Positions 20,012 to 29,738 of a DNA stretch of 64,000 bases are shown one piece after another; position 1 is the stretch's first letter, and each line of letters begins with the position of its first letter. This DNA is from a virus. A model generated the notes under the pieces. The model was not told the DNA's origin and made no database searches. It saw only the letters and a list, made by a program, of their open reading frames with translations. The position numbers and the translations under genes were made by a program. Location of the stretch: positions 27,089 through 91,088 of the IMG/VR virus record IMGVR_UViG_3300032164_000003. One strand, given 5' to 3'.

Positions 20012-21024
20012 TTAAGTCCTATGGACGAGAGCACATCTAATAGGTAATCGACACGATGTGCATATGTGTGTTGCGCCAGTATTTTCTTCCTAGCATTCTC
20101 GCCTATCTTGTTGCGAGCGTCTGGATTTTTTAGATAGTAACTAGCCTTGTTTTTGAAATCAGTAATGTCAGAATAATATACTAGGTCTTCTCCATCTGTG
20201 AAGAACTTATCTATTTCTGGCTGATTATCTAGTAATAGAAATCCACCGACCCCCATTACCATAAACACACGGTCATTTAGGTATCCAGGAGATCGTACTA
20301 TATGGTTAGAAAAGTTTATCCTAGACTTCTCGAACAGTGTATGCACGGTGCTCCAATTGTCCCAAGATCCTTTGTAATGTTGTGTCAGCCTAGGATCTCC
20401 ACTAAGTACTTTCCCGCCAGCGGCTACCCACATCTTATCGCCATATAGCTGTACATTAATTCCAGAATTTATTAATGACCATATCATGTCCGTTCTTTTA
20501 AGTGGAGAAATTACATACGGAGATCCTGCGAATATACAGTCTATTTTATCCGCTTCCTCCACAGGAGAAACTTTTCTGTCTACATTGTCCCATGCTGGCC
20601 ACCACAAATGTGCATAAGAAAATCCTAAAGATTTGTAGACTGCCATGCTTGCCATGTCACAGGTTAATGCGATCTGATACCCACGATGCATATAGTGACT
20701 GGAGAACTGTTGCACAAAAAATGGATCGTCTTGGCTCCAGTATATGGTCGTACCTACTTTTGCCCGGATCCACTCTGTAGTCTCTGGAAGGATGTATTTA
20801 TCGAAAAAGTATCCCTTGCAGCAAATGTACACATCTGGTTTTTCTTCTTCTATCTGTCTTCTTAGTATCACATCATATTGTTTCATACTCACATTTGGAT
20901 TGGCAAAATACGAGTAACAAACGTAGTCATTTATATTTCGATCAGCACCAACTACAGTGTGCCCACGCTCTTGCAGGCGGTGAATTATTCCGGGATATGC
21001 ACCAGAGTTTATGAAGAATTTCAT
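20008..21024 (-). CDS. CgeB/YkvP-like GT-B glycosyltransferase
   Basis: WSQDDP, LNDRVF...GVGGFLL, F.DGEDLVYY, HTYAHRV. Confidence 0.85.
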   Translation of the reverse strand: MKFFINSGAYPGIIHRLQERGHTVVGADRNINDYVCYSYFANPNVSMKQYDVILRRQIEEEKPDVYICCKGYFFDKYILPETTEWIRAKVGTTIYWSQDDPFFVQQFSSHYMHRGYQIALTCDMASMAVYKSLGFSYAHLWWPAWDNVDRKVSPVEEADKIDCIFAGSPYVISPLKRTDMIWSLINSGINVQLYGDKMWVAAGGKVLSGDPRLTQHYKGSWDNWSTVHTLFEKSRINFSNHIVRSPGYLNDRVFMVMGVGGFLLLDNQPEIDKFFTDGEDLVYYSDITDFKNKASYYLKNPDARNKIGENARKKILAQHTYAHRVDYLLDVLSSIGLK

Positions 21025-21746
21025 TACAATTCTCCCCAAGCGGTATCTTCGTTTACGATTATTTTTCCGGCTCGCTGGTTCGCACAGAATAATGCGCTGT
21101 TTTGTACATGGCCAGTTAAGTCAATATCATGTGGCATGTGCACCATACTTGTAAAATTATCAATGAAGGTAATCCCATATCCAAGTAATGACAGTCTATA
21201 AACAAAATCACAGTCTTCATAGCCCCAGCCAATAAACTGCTCATCGAAGCCGTGCATATATAGTGCATGTTCGGTGTGGCACCCTAAACAGCAACCCTCT
21301 CCTAAGAATTTATTATTCTTTTTAGCTATTTCCAAAACCGCATTGTAGGATTTGTACAGACTTGCTCTTGGTATATTTTTTGGGATTTCCGGGAGAAAGT
21401 ATGTGTTGCATTTTGCTAGAACACGCGAAGTTCCAATTGTATCCCTAACGGTCTTGAAAAAATCGGTGGCAAACAATTGGTCCGCATCCGTAAAGACCAC
21501 ATACTTGGTTGTTACATGGCGCAGTCCGATATTAAGCGCACGCGCCTTGTGAAATCTACCTGTATTTCTTCCCACATGTACAACCTTCAACCATTCCGGA
21601 CCGCACATTGTTACTGGTGGATAACTTCCGAAGTCCACGATTATGCACTTTGGGATATCAGAGTTTACAGATATAGAGTTTACACAGCACGCTATGTTTT
21701 CATTTCTGTTCTTAACCGCAATTACTGCTGTAAGATCTGTCAGCAT
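21024..21746 (-). CDS. GT2/GT7C-type glycosyltransferase
   Basis: VDFGS, KARALNIG, FTDAD, GFDEQFIGWGYEDCD. Confidence 0.9.
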   Translation of the reverse strand: MLTDLTAVIAVKNRNENIACCVNSISVNSDIPKCIIVDFGSYPPVTMCGPEWLKVVHVGRNTGRFHKARALNIGLRHVTTKYVVFTDADQLFATDFFKTVRDTIGTSRVLAKCNTYFLPEIPKNIPRASLYKSYNAVLEIAKKNNKFLGEGCCLGCHTEHALYMHGFDEQFIGWGYEDCDFVYRLSLLGYGITFIDNFTSMVHMPHDIDLTGHVQNSALFCANQRAGKIIVNEDTAWGEL

Positions 21747-21748
21747 TA

Positions 21749-22750
21749 TTACTTTAATATTCTATTGAGTTCTTCTAAGAATCTTTTTGTTGCATTTGCC
21801 CAAGAAAATGTTTTTACAAGCGCCCTCCCGTTTTCGGATAATGTCTTGTGCAACACTACATCAGAAATTATTCTATGCGCGGCGGCAGCTACATCATTAG
21901 AATTATCTTTAGAGATTAGGCATGTCTTGCCATCTCTCATGTACTCGTCCAAACCCATGCTTGGAATATACACTACTGGGGTTCCACATGCAAGGCTTTC
22001 TAGCGTTGGAAGTCCCCAGCCCTCGCTTAATGATGTAGATAACCATACAGTGCACATAGCATATATAGTAGGAATTGTTAGCTGTTGCGGATTTGTGTAA
22101 ATCTGATACTTTATACCCCGTTTGGAAAACTCTCCTATTGAATTAATGTTAGTAGAGGAGATCATTATTGGAACCACATTTATATTATATGTTTCCTTCA
22201 GCAGAATTACGGCCTCGACAAATCTGTTGAAGTTCTTCATGGGGCTTTTGTGAAAAAGACCGCCGACTAAAATAGTGTGGGGATCTCTAGTAACCAGGCT
22301 CGGAGAGAAGATGCCGTCTATTCCAGGATGGATAATCGTGATGTCCTTGTGCCCATACTTTAGTGCTACATCTGCTAGCCACTTGGATGTTGCAATGACT
22401 GCGGTATATGGGAACTTCAGATTCCTTTCCTCTGTGGGCATGTGCTGTGTTCCAAAACCTTGAAGAAGTAGTATTTGTTTTTTATTATGCAGTTCCGGGA
22501 ATATCCTGCCATCTGCAAAGTTCACTATACACGCCGCAGAAGCTAACCAGGGATGTGTTGGGCTACTTGCTTGAGCGAAGGGAGTTTGCTGTGCCGCGCC
22601 ATCAATTAGCCAGGGCATATTTGCATCTGTGATACGGCGTACTGCTATTACCGCATCAACGCCCTGTTTGCGCAGGGCATGTGCAAACCTAAATATTACC
22701 TTAACTCCACCAGACACGCTGGTGTGTGGGCACATAAATACTAGTTTCAT
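21749..22750 (-). CDS. GT4 glycosyltransferase
   Basis: SGGVKV, EGWGLPTLESLACGTPVV, FSW. Confidence 0.92.
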   Translation of the reverse strand: MKLVFMCPHTSVSGGVKVIFRFAHALRKQGVDAVIAVRRITDANMPWLIDGAAQQTPFAQASSPTHPWLASAACIVNFADGRIFPELHNKKQILLLQGFGTQHMPTEERNLKFPYTAVIATSKWLADVALKYGHKDITIIHPGIDGIFSPSLVTRDPHTILVGGLFHKSPMKNFNRFVEAVILLKETYNINVVPIMISSTNINSIGEFSKRGIKYQIYTNPQQLTIPTIYAMCTVWLSTSLSEGWGLPTLESLACGTPVVYIPSMGLDEYMRDGKTCLISKDNSNDVAAAAHRIISDVVLHKTLSENGRALVKTFSWANATKRFLEELNRILK

Positions 22751-23388
22751 CTTTTTACAATGCACCCGCGCTCTCTCCAGTAGAGCTTTCGTGCGATAAG
22801 GCGTTCCGCTTTTATATTGACGCCACTCTTCTTAGAACTGGCTTCTCCTATGTGATAGACAAACGCGTCCTTGCGCCAAAGGAACTTGTATCCCAGCTGT
22901 CTTCCGCGATCTTCTAGATCTGTATCTTGGCCATATAGATAGTAGCGCTCATCGAAGCCGCCTAGTTTTCTCCAAAGTTCCCTTTCAAACAATAAACAAA
23001 ATCCACTTAGTGGATCTACTACTTCGGCGCACTGCCCAAAACACTTTTCGGCTTGTTCCCAGGTTCTGATCGTCCTTGACGGTCCAAAATGACAGTTGGT
23101 AGATGGACCTACAAATCCGCATTTAGGATACGCGGCGAGCGTCTCTATCATTCTGGAGAGCCAGTGCGGATATACTAATGTATCATTATTCAACAAACAA
23201 ATATATTTATTGTCGCAATCTTTTATCAGCCTATTCCAGATCTCTGTAAGTGTATGTCCGCTTTTAAAATTATCGAGGAAGGTTATGGTAGCAGGAATGT
23301 CGGTGTTTTTCTTAACACTCTCTATGCATGCTGCTTCTTCTTTTGGTAAATTGTATCCTATTATGATAATGTTTATCTTGTCATTCAC
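22747..23388 (-). CDS. GT2 glycosyltransferase
   Basis: LLNNDT, SGFCLL, GGFDERY..YGQDTD. Confidence 0.88.
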   Translation of the reverse strand: MNDKINIIIIGYNLPKEEAACIESVKKNTDIPATITFLDNFKSGHTLTEIWNRLIKDCDNKYICLLNNDTLVYPHWLSRMIETLAAYPKCGFVGPSTNCHFGPSRTIRTWEQAEKCFGQCAEVVDPLSGFCLLFERELWRKLGGFDERYYLYGQDTDLEDRGRQLGYKFLWRKDAFVYHIGEASSKKSGVNIKAERLIARKLYWRERGCIVKR

Positions 23389-23947
23389 TTCTTTTCTCCA
23401 GCGTGCACTTGTTCCCTATCTTCTTTAATATGTCCGCGATTTGCTTTGATGCTTTCTCCCCATTTAGATACAGAAGCAATGCTATGCCCATTTTTGCTAA
23501 GCAAAACGCGTCAACTTGATTATTGTCTGTGAGTGTATCTGACCCTAAGCCAAACTTACGAAAGGTTTGTTCTAGCATTATCTCTTTTGGGGCATTTCCC
23601 TTACCTGTAATAAACTTCTTCAGCGACGTAGGGGGAACCTCGTAGTATCCGTTCCATTTTCGTGCAAGGAGTAACCGTAGGACTCCACCTAGCTCTCCTA
23701 GATCGAATACGCGCCCCTTTCCGGCAAATGCGTACCCCTCTATAAATAGGGCCGGTTGTTCTCCTGCAGAAAATTCTGTTACGCGGGCATTTACCTTTCT
23801 AGAAATCCAGTCTATGCGCCGTATACCACGAAGCCCATCTGGGGGATTTAGCGTACATGTGTGTAGGAGCTTTCCGGAAAGCCGCGAAAGTGCGCACATC
23901 CCAGTGCCGACGAGGCTAGGATCAATCCCGATAACTATCTGGGACAT
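23381..23947 (-). CDS. ruvC: RuvC-like Holliday junction resolvase
   Basis: IGIDPSL..TG, IEGY, LGELGG, PT.LKKFITGKGNA.KE, NQVDAF. Confidence 0.88.
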   Translation of the reverse strand: MSQIVIGIDPSLVGTGMCALSRLSGKLLHTCTLNPPDGLRGIRRIDWISRKVNARVTEFSAGEQPALFIEGYAFAGKGRVFDLGELGGVLRLLLARKWNGYYEVPPTSLKKFITGKGNAPKEIMLEQTFRKFGLGSDTLTDNNQVDAFCLAKMGIALLLYLNGEKASKQIADILKKIGNKCTLEKRSE

Positions 23948-24539
23948 CTTTTACTCCAAACACGGGCTTGTAGTGTGGGTCTGATACCAACGGTGGTGTA
24001 CTCAGTGCCTCATTTATAAGATCCTTGAACAGTTCCTCATTAGTAATTGCTAGAAAGGCACTACCAAGTATATGACGTAGTAATGCGAACAGCCTTGCAT
24101 TAGTTATGTCGCCATTCTCGTTTGTATTGTCGCAGAACGAATATGAAGACGGGTCTTTAGCACCCAAACTGAGATCGGCAATGGAGACATCGATCACAAT
24201 GCCGTCAAGCGGATAGTATATTTTATTTCCTTCATCCACACGGCAGGCCTCCTTCAAGCCAACACACCGGTAACACACACCCTGAACCGTGCTCTCGGTT
24301 GCAACTACAGACATACGTAATGCGCGTGATGTTTTCCTGTCCACAAATAATCCGCCACGCTGCTCTGTTCTGTAGCCATCCTCATTAGTGGCGTGCAGAA
24401 TAGGAAGCTCGTGGAATTGATCCACACCATCCCAGAGCACTGTATTCGCAAAAAGTAACGTATTGAGATAATCGATGATGTACTTTTTCGTTATCTTTTC
24501 TATGTGATAATTTACTGCCGTTTGCGGTTTTTCGTTCAT
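23922..24539 (-). CDS. hypothetical protein
   Basis: ATG at 24539 overlaps upstream TGA. Confidence 0.6.
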   Translation of the reverse strand: MNEKPQTAVNYHIEKITKKYIIDYLNTLLFANTVLWDGVDQFHELPILHATNEDGYRTEQRGGLFVDRKTSRALRMSVVATESTVQGVCYRCVGLKEACRVDEGNKIYYPLDGIVIDVSIADLSLGAKDPSSYSFCDNTNENGDITNARLFALLRHILGSAFLAITNEELFKDLINEALSTPPLVSDPHYKPVFGVKDVPDSYRD

Positions 24540-24877
24540 TTTGCGTCTCCGCATTTTAACAAGTACGCTTCTACCGGATCTTTGATCTGGCTTGCCCATA
24601 CTTCCTTCATCTTTATGGATGTATCCTTAACTGTGGCCTCTAATTTCTCTATAGCATTGATCAGTGTCCGTATGCTTCCGTCCAGCGTTTTAGCTGTTTC
24701 CTCGCTTCGTAGCATGTGCCGAACATACCCGCGAACTACATCGCCAATCTCATAATAAAAGTACTTCGAAATCCATTGTTCTCCATCTTTCGTTCGTACA
24801 CGAAGGACAAAGGATTCATTGGCAGCGACAAGCTGCGTGCTCTTATCCAAATTACATAGAACATATCCGTCAGTCAT
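24536..24877 (-). CDS. hypothetical protein
   Basis: 113 aa in operon. Confidence 0.6.
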   Translation of the reverse strand: MTDGYVLCNLDKSTQLVAANESFVLRVRTKDGEQWISKYFYYEIGDVVRGYVRHMLRSEETAKTLDGSIRTLINAIEKLEATVKDTSIKMKEVWASQIKDPVEAYLLKCGDAK

Positions 24878-24880
24878 CGC

Positions 24881-25312
24881 TTATTTCCTCGGTAGAAGGT
24901 GCGAAACATTACCTGGAATATCTCCTGGTGTTGCTAATGTTATTCCACTTAGTGCAGCACGATACTTTGCAACTGCATCGGTATAACTTTGGAACAACCT
25001 TTGATTTTTTATGCAACTTTCGTTATTGGTTTCATCAGCAATAACTTCTCCAAGTACCTCTACAGAAGTGGGGAAAAGTGCTAATGTTTCCTGTTGGGTA
25101 TCTCCAAAATATGGAGATCCTATGCTCATTGCCACACGCCGACCATCGCCAACCGGTTGAACAAATATCGCCCGCACATCATGCATGACAAGTGCGGTTT
25201 CTCCATCACGCCATGTTGCATATTCGGCCGTTGTAGCTACGCCAAGCCACACGTTTGGCATTGAATCAGGTACCACAAGTAAAAATATCTTAGGGCCAAC
25301 TAGATTACTCAT
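24881..25312 (-). CDS. hypothetical protein
   Basis: 143 aa in operon. Confidence 0.6.
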   Translation of the reverse strand: MSNLVGPKIFLLVVPDSMPNVWLGVATTAEYATWRDGETALVMHDVRAIFVQPVGDGRRVAMSIGSPYFGDTQQETLALFPTSVEVLGEVIADETNNESCIKNQRLFQSYTDAVAKYRAALSGITLATPGDIPGNVSHLLPRK

Positions 25313-26327
25313 CTTTCCTCCCTAGGACGTCGGTTATAGCCGCGTCCCATAGTTTGTAATTTGTAGAAATACTAAAGTTTTCTTTAACTACGCGCTTGGC
25401 ATTTTCCAAAATGCGCTTGTGCATGTCTTGATCTGCAAGTACCATACGAACCTTTTCATACCACTCGCTGTTGTCAGAGACTAAGATCCCAGTTACCCCG
25501 TCCTCGATGGTGTCCTTATACGGTCCAAAGTTCGATGCAACGGTCACGGCATCATGAACTGTATATTCAAGAAACTTAAGGTTAGATTTGCTTTTGTTAA
25601 ACACGTTGGCGCAGAGCGGAGCCAAGCCAACGTAGGTTCCCACCTGTGAGAACATCTGATAGAAGGCTTCGAAGGGCACCAATTGTAATGTCTCAGCACC
25701 AGGAATATTGAATGCCGGTTCTCGCGTCTTGCCATCATAGCCACACCAGAGTTTAAATATGATATCTTGGTCCTTTGCCAACTGTTCGAATCCAGCACGG
25801 GCAACCATAAGATCTCGTTCATGTGTCGTTGAGCCCTGCCAACAGACTACAGGCTTTACTGTATTTCTGTTACATGGATAGATAATCTCAGAGTCTACAG
25901 AATTTGGAAGCACATATATGTTCTCACAATAATTTCGGTATATACCGCGTAATTCTTCTGTTGTGACAAATATTGCATCAACATTGGACACGAAGTACTT
26001 TATTCCGTCTTGAACCTTCTTGACATTGAGTGTTTTTGCGGCAGGATTCCATTCAGGTATATTGAATAAGTCATCATCAATTTCATATATAAGCTTTGCG
26101 CCCTTCTTTTTCATCTCAAGCGCGGGTGCCAGTACTTCAAGCTTGTACTGGCGTTGTAGAATGACTACATCATATTTACCAATTTGATCCTTTGAAATAG
26201 ATCCAGAAACACTGATCTCAAACTTCTCCTGATTATTCCTAGCAATATAGACAAGCGGGGAATGGATCCTATAAAACCAACACGCGGCACGGTCACCGCG
26301 ATACGCAATTAGTTTAGTCTTACTCAT
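25305..26327 (-). CDS. GT4-like glycosyltransferase
   Basis: ACWFYR, YEIDDDL, LPNS, FNKSKSNLKFLEY, EDGVTGILV. Confidence 0.9.
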   Translation of the reverse strand: MSKTKLIAYRGDRAACWFYRIHSPLVYIARNNQEKFEISVSGSISKDQIGKYDVVILQRQYKLEVLAPALEMKKKGAKLIYEIDDDLFNIPEWNPAAKTLNVKKVQDGIKYFVSNVDAIFVTTEELRGIYRNYCENIYVLPNSVDSEIIYPCNRNTVKPVVCWQGSTTHERDLMVARAGFEQLAKDQDIIFKLWCGYDGKTREPAFNIPGAETLQLVPFEAFYQMFSQVGTYVGLAPLCANVFNKSKSNLKFLEYTVHDAVTVASNFGPYKDTIEDGVTGILVSDNSEWYEKVRMVLADQDMHKRILENAKRVVKENFSISTNYKLWDAAITDVLGRKDE

Positions 26328-27474
26328 TGTACTCTTCCTTAGTGGAGGCAAACGAGGGCTGTGGATCACTGGCCAAATTAGGATCTCCTGCCATCACGAT
26401 TCCAGGAACTAGTGATGTAGCAGTGCTATACTTTTGATCGCTTGGCGGTGGTGCACGCCGCGCTGCCTCTAATTCTGGATTTCCTTTGTTCTCTTGCTTT
26501 CTCTTTCTGTTGTCTTCAAGAGCTTCAAGTAAGCTCTTTTCAAGATCTCCCGCTGGCATCTTTGCGCATACCTGATTTGGACATTCCCACAGGAGGGATT
26601 GCCGCGTCTTTGGATTTTTGTAGCCCGGGGCCATATCAAGTAATGCGCCAACGGGCCGGTTACACGGCCACAAATTACATCCTCCACTGTACGACACATT
26701 ATAGTTATTGGCATATCCAAAGAACTTAGGATCAGTATTTTGAAACACAACAATGCCCCGAGTGCCAAGCCCGTTTGAACAGTGCGCAAATAGACTTTCT
26801 ATAAATATGTACGTGTCTACAAGCGGGATCAGAGCGATTGTTTCGCGCATCTGCATGCCAAGTGCATCAATGGTGCCTGGTACCTTCGGTTCTCCTTCGA
26901 GTCCAATATGAATAAACAGTGCTTTGTCCTTTAGCTTTTCTACAACTGTAGACACCATCTGTATGTTCAGATCTTTTAAATTGTTAGTCTTATTGAAGTT
27001 TCCATCTGACGGGATCGCCCCCGTACAGTGCAATAGCACCAATGGTTTATTCAGTATGCGGTACTGATCCAAAAATGTATGCGCTGCGCGGCGCTCATAC
27101 TCTGTACTTGTATAGTCCAAAGGTAATCCATCGTACTCAGCGCCGTACACCCGACAGATGAACTCTGGTAGAGTTTTGCATCCCGTAGCAGGTTCGTCCA
27201 TTATTGCATCATAAACAAAATGCTTTTTGAAAAACCTAATATTGTAATTTAGAACGTGTTCCGAATAAAAATCCTTGGGATCCTTCAACGGAATAAGTTT
27301 ATCTATGTTAGCATTGTTTTCCAAAAGCTGTGCGTATGTGCTAGTTACTACAATTTCATCGTCAGGATATTTTTTTCTAAAATAGCGAATCATGGGGGTA
27401 TGAGACAATACATCGCCTGCGCCGCCTTGGCAGAACAAAATTATGCGCGATTTCTTTTCAAACTTCGTAGCCAT
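26320..27474 (-). CDS. GT9-like (heptosyltransferase-type) glycosyltransferase
   Basis: GGAGDVL..TP, R...ALI, IESLFAH, Cys-rich tail CNLWPC..C...C. Confidence 0.8.
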   Translation of the reverse strand: MATKFEKKSRIILFCQGGAGDVLSHTPMIRYFRKKYPDDEIVVTSTYAQLLENNANIDKLIPLKDPKDFYSEHVLNYNIRFFKKHFVYDAIMDEPATGCKTLPEFICRVYGAEYDGLPLDYTSTEYERRAAHTFLDQYRILNKPLVLLHCTGAIPSDGNFNKTNNLKDLNIQMVSTVVEKLKDKALFIHIGLEGEPKVPGTIDALGMQMRETIALIPLVDTYIFIESLFAHCSNGLGTRGIVVFQNTDPKFFGYANNYNVSYSGGCNLWPCNRPVGALLDMAPGYKNPKTRQSLLWECPNQVCAKMPAGDLEKSLLEALEDNRKRKQENKGNPELEAARRAPPPSDQKYSTATSLVPGIVMAGDPNLASDPQPSFASTKEEYNE

Positions 27475-27579
27475 CGGAGCCTCCTATCAAATATGCCTGT
27501 CACTATTATACAAAGATATTCGACATTTTCGTATAGAATTTTTCTATAACACCTTCGATACCAAATGAAAAATGAAATT

Positions 27580-27935
27580 TGTACGCACTATAAAATTATA
27601 AATTTATAGAAAACGTGCTATCAACCTTATTGTAGGCGATACCACTAGTACTAGTAACCTAGCTATATGCACCTGGGCACATATACTAGGCATAGCACAA
27701 GTCCTATATCCTTTAGGGCTAATATTACACCTGGGGCCTAATATTAGGCCTTAAGGACTAGGCTATAGGCTATAGGCTATAGGCTATAGGCCTTGGGGCT
27801 AATATTACACCTAAGTCCTAATATTAGGCTTAAGGGTTAAATTACCATTATATAAGGACTAGTAGATAGATCTCCGCCCTCAGAGCCGGGCGTAGATCCT
27901 TATATCTAAGTCCTAGTCCTATAGGCTATAGGGCA
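27580..27935. repeat. repeat/palindrome cluster at the strand switch, candidate replication origin
   Basis: (GGCTATA)x4 at 27761-27788; GGGCTAATATTACACCT at 27716 and 27796; palindrome GGCCTAATATTAGGCC 27735-27750; long inverted repeat 27855-27920. Confidence 0.75.
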
Positions 27936-27960
27936 CAATTGAAATATAAACTAAGGAGTC

Positions 27961-28182
27961 GTGGAACCCGACCTGATTCCGGGGGTGTTGATTAAACAGA
28001 TGGCAGGCCTTGACGCACTGCGTCATACAAAACGCACATATTTTCTTTCAGAACACGGGGAAGGGAGTATGATATCTGGTGTCGCTGACGATAGGAGAAA
28101 TCAATGGCGAAAAAGAATGGTGGTAAAAATACTAAGTCCGTTCCAACACAGTATGACCCGGCTGAAGACGTCGAGAAATTAG
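27961..28182 (+). CDS. possible small hypothetical protein
   Basis: TAAGGAG directly before GTG, but overlaps the next gene by 79 nt. Confidence 0.3.
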   Translation: MEPDLIPGVLIKQMAGLDALRHTKRTYFLSEHGEGSMISGVADDRRNQWRKRMVVKILSPFQHSMTRLKTSRN

Positions 28183-28817
28183 CCAAAACGCTTATCCCGA
28201 AAAATCACTCGCATTTGGTTACCTGCAAGATCGCGTATCTTTACAAAAATAAAGCTATAAAATTGAAGGGCCGTGATGTTGCAGCGACGGCTGAGAAGGT
28301 ACCCCAGAAGCACCGTACATTGTCTGGCTATCACTTTTTGATTACTGTGGCGTACCCCACATGGAAGGAGCTTGACGATAAAATTCGGCTTGCTGTTTTG
28401 GACCATGAGCTAGAGCACTGCTTCGTCGAGGATGATGAAAAGACCGGTGAGCCGAAGTATTCGATCCTTCCCCACGATGTTGAAGAGTTTAGTTCCATAA
28501 TCCTTCGCCATGGGTTGTACACTGTGGACCTAATTCGGTTGGGCACAGTTGTGCAGGATGCCATGGAAAACATGCCCAAGGATGTAATTGTAAAAAAGCT
28601 TGGGGACACGACGACCAAGCCAGCCGCAGCTGACGAAGAAGATCCGGTTGACAAAGCTATGGATCGTTCACATAATGAAAAGCGGAAGGACAAACCAAAC
28701 GGATCGCTAAAAGTAAAGAAGACAAAGCCGTCGAGAGATGACACAAATTACACTGAAGATGAGGACGGCGGAGACGAGAACGAAGGATCGGATTTTATTG
28801 CTGACGAAGATATTTAA
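28104..28817 (+). CDS. phage metallopeptidase with acidic tail
   Basis: AVLDHELEHC and PHDVEEF motifs; AGGAG RBS. Confidence 0.8.
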   Translation: MAKKNGGKNTKSVPTQYDPAEDVEKLAKTLIPKNHSHLVTCKIAYLYKNKAIKLKGRDVAATAEKVPQKHRTLSGYHFLITVAYPTWKELDDKIRLAVLDHELEHCFVEDDEKTGEPKYSILPHDVEEFSSIILRHGLYTVDLIRLGTVVQDAMENMPKDVIVKKLGDTTTKPAAADEEDPVDKAMDRSHNEKRKDKPNGSLKVKKTKPSRDDTNYTEDEDGGDENEGSDFIADEDI

Positions 28818-28829
28818 TGGGGACCTAAT

Positions 28830-29672
28830 ATGCTGCTAAATCGCTCCATTTTTGTCGGGGATAACCTCGTTGTGTTAAATCGGCTACCGACAGAATCTGT
28901 AGATTTAATTTATATCGATCCTCCTTTCAATACACACAAAATGCGTACGTACACACGGTTAAGAACGGATAAAGATCCGTCTGGAGATCGCACCGGCTTT
29001 GGTGGAAAGCGCTATCGTTCTTCTGCGCGTGGTACACAGCAGTACGCAGATAGCTTCGAAGATTACATTTCTTTTCTTGAACCCCGCTTGAACCGCGCAT
29101 ACAATCTGTTAACGCCTACAGGATCTTTATTTTTCCATATAGACTACCGGGAGTCGCATTACTGTAAGATCCTGTTGGACAAGATTTTTGGGCGTGACTG
29201 TTTTCAGAACGAGATCATCTGGGCCTACGATTACGGTGGAAGGTCCAAAACTAAGTGGCCGTGCAAACACGACACGATCTTTTGGTACACCAAACACCCC
29301 ACTAAGTTTACATTTAACTATTCGGAGATCGACCGTATTCCATACATGGCTCCCGGCTTGGTTGGCCCAGAAAAGGCCAAGCGTGGAAAGACGATTACAG
29401 ACACGTGGTGGCACACCATCGTGCCGACCAATGGCCGCGAGCGCACCGGCTATCCTACACAGAAGCCAATTGGAATTTTGAAGCGTATTATTTCTGTTCA
29501 CTCAAATCCCGGAGATATGGTTCTAGACTTCTTTGCTGGCGCTGGAACTACCGGAGAGGCGGCAGCGGTCCTGGGGCGAGCCTTTGTCCTCGTAGATAAT
29601 AATCTTACAGCGATAAGAGTAATGCAGAAGCGCCTCCAGAAATATTCTGTTCGATTAATTAAGATTCAGTAG
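28830..29672 (+). CDS. N4/N6 DNA methyltransferase (beta class)
   Basis: LIYIDPPFN, YPTQKP, VLDFFAGAGTT. Confidence 0.95.
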   Translation: MLLNRSIFVGDNLVVLNRLPTESVDLIYIDPPFNTHKMRTYTRLRTDKDPSGDRTGFGGKRYRSSARGTQQYADSFEDYISFLEPRLNRAYNLLTPTGSLFFHIDYRESHYCKILLDKIFGRDCFQNEIIWAYDYGGRSKTKWPCKHDTIFWYTKHPTKFTFNYSEIDRIPYMAPGLVGPEKAKRGKTITDTWWHTIVPTNGRERTGYPTQKPIGILKRIISVHSNPGDMVLDFFAGAGTTGEAAAVLGRAFVLVDNNLTAIRVMQKRLQKYSVRLIKIQ

Positions 29673-29738
29673 TTTAAACTACCAGCTTTGTGGTTGTAGA
29701 ATGTCCCAGCGTGTAAGTACTAACCTGGAGGCCATTCT

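Noticed and set aside
27700-27840. Possible mini CRISPR array
   Set aside because: Only two imperfect repeats and the intervening sequence is itself a heptamer tandem; no cas operon
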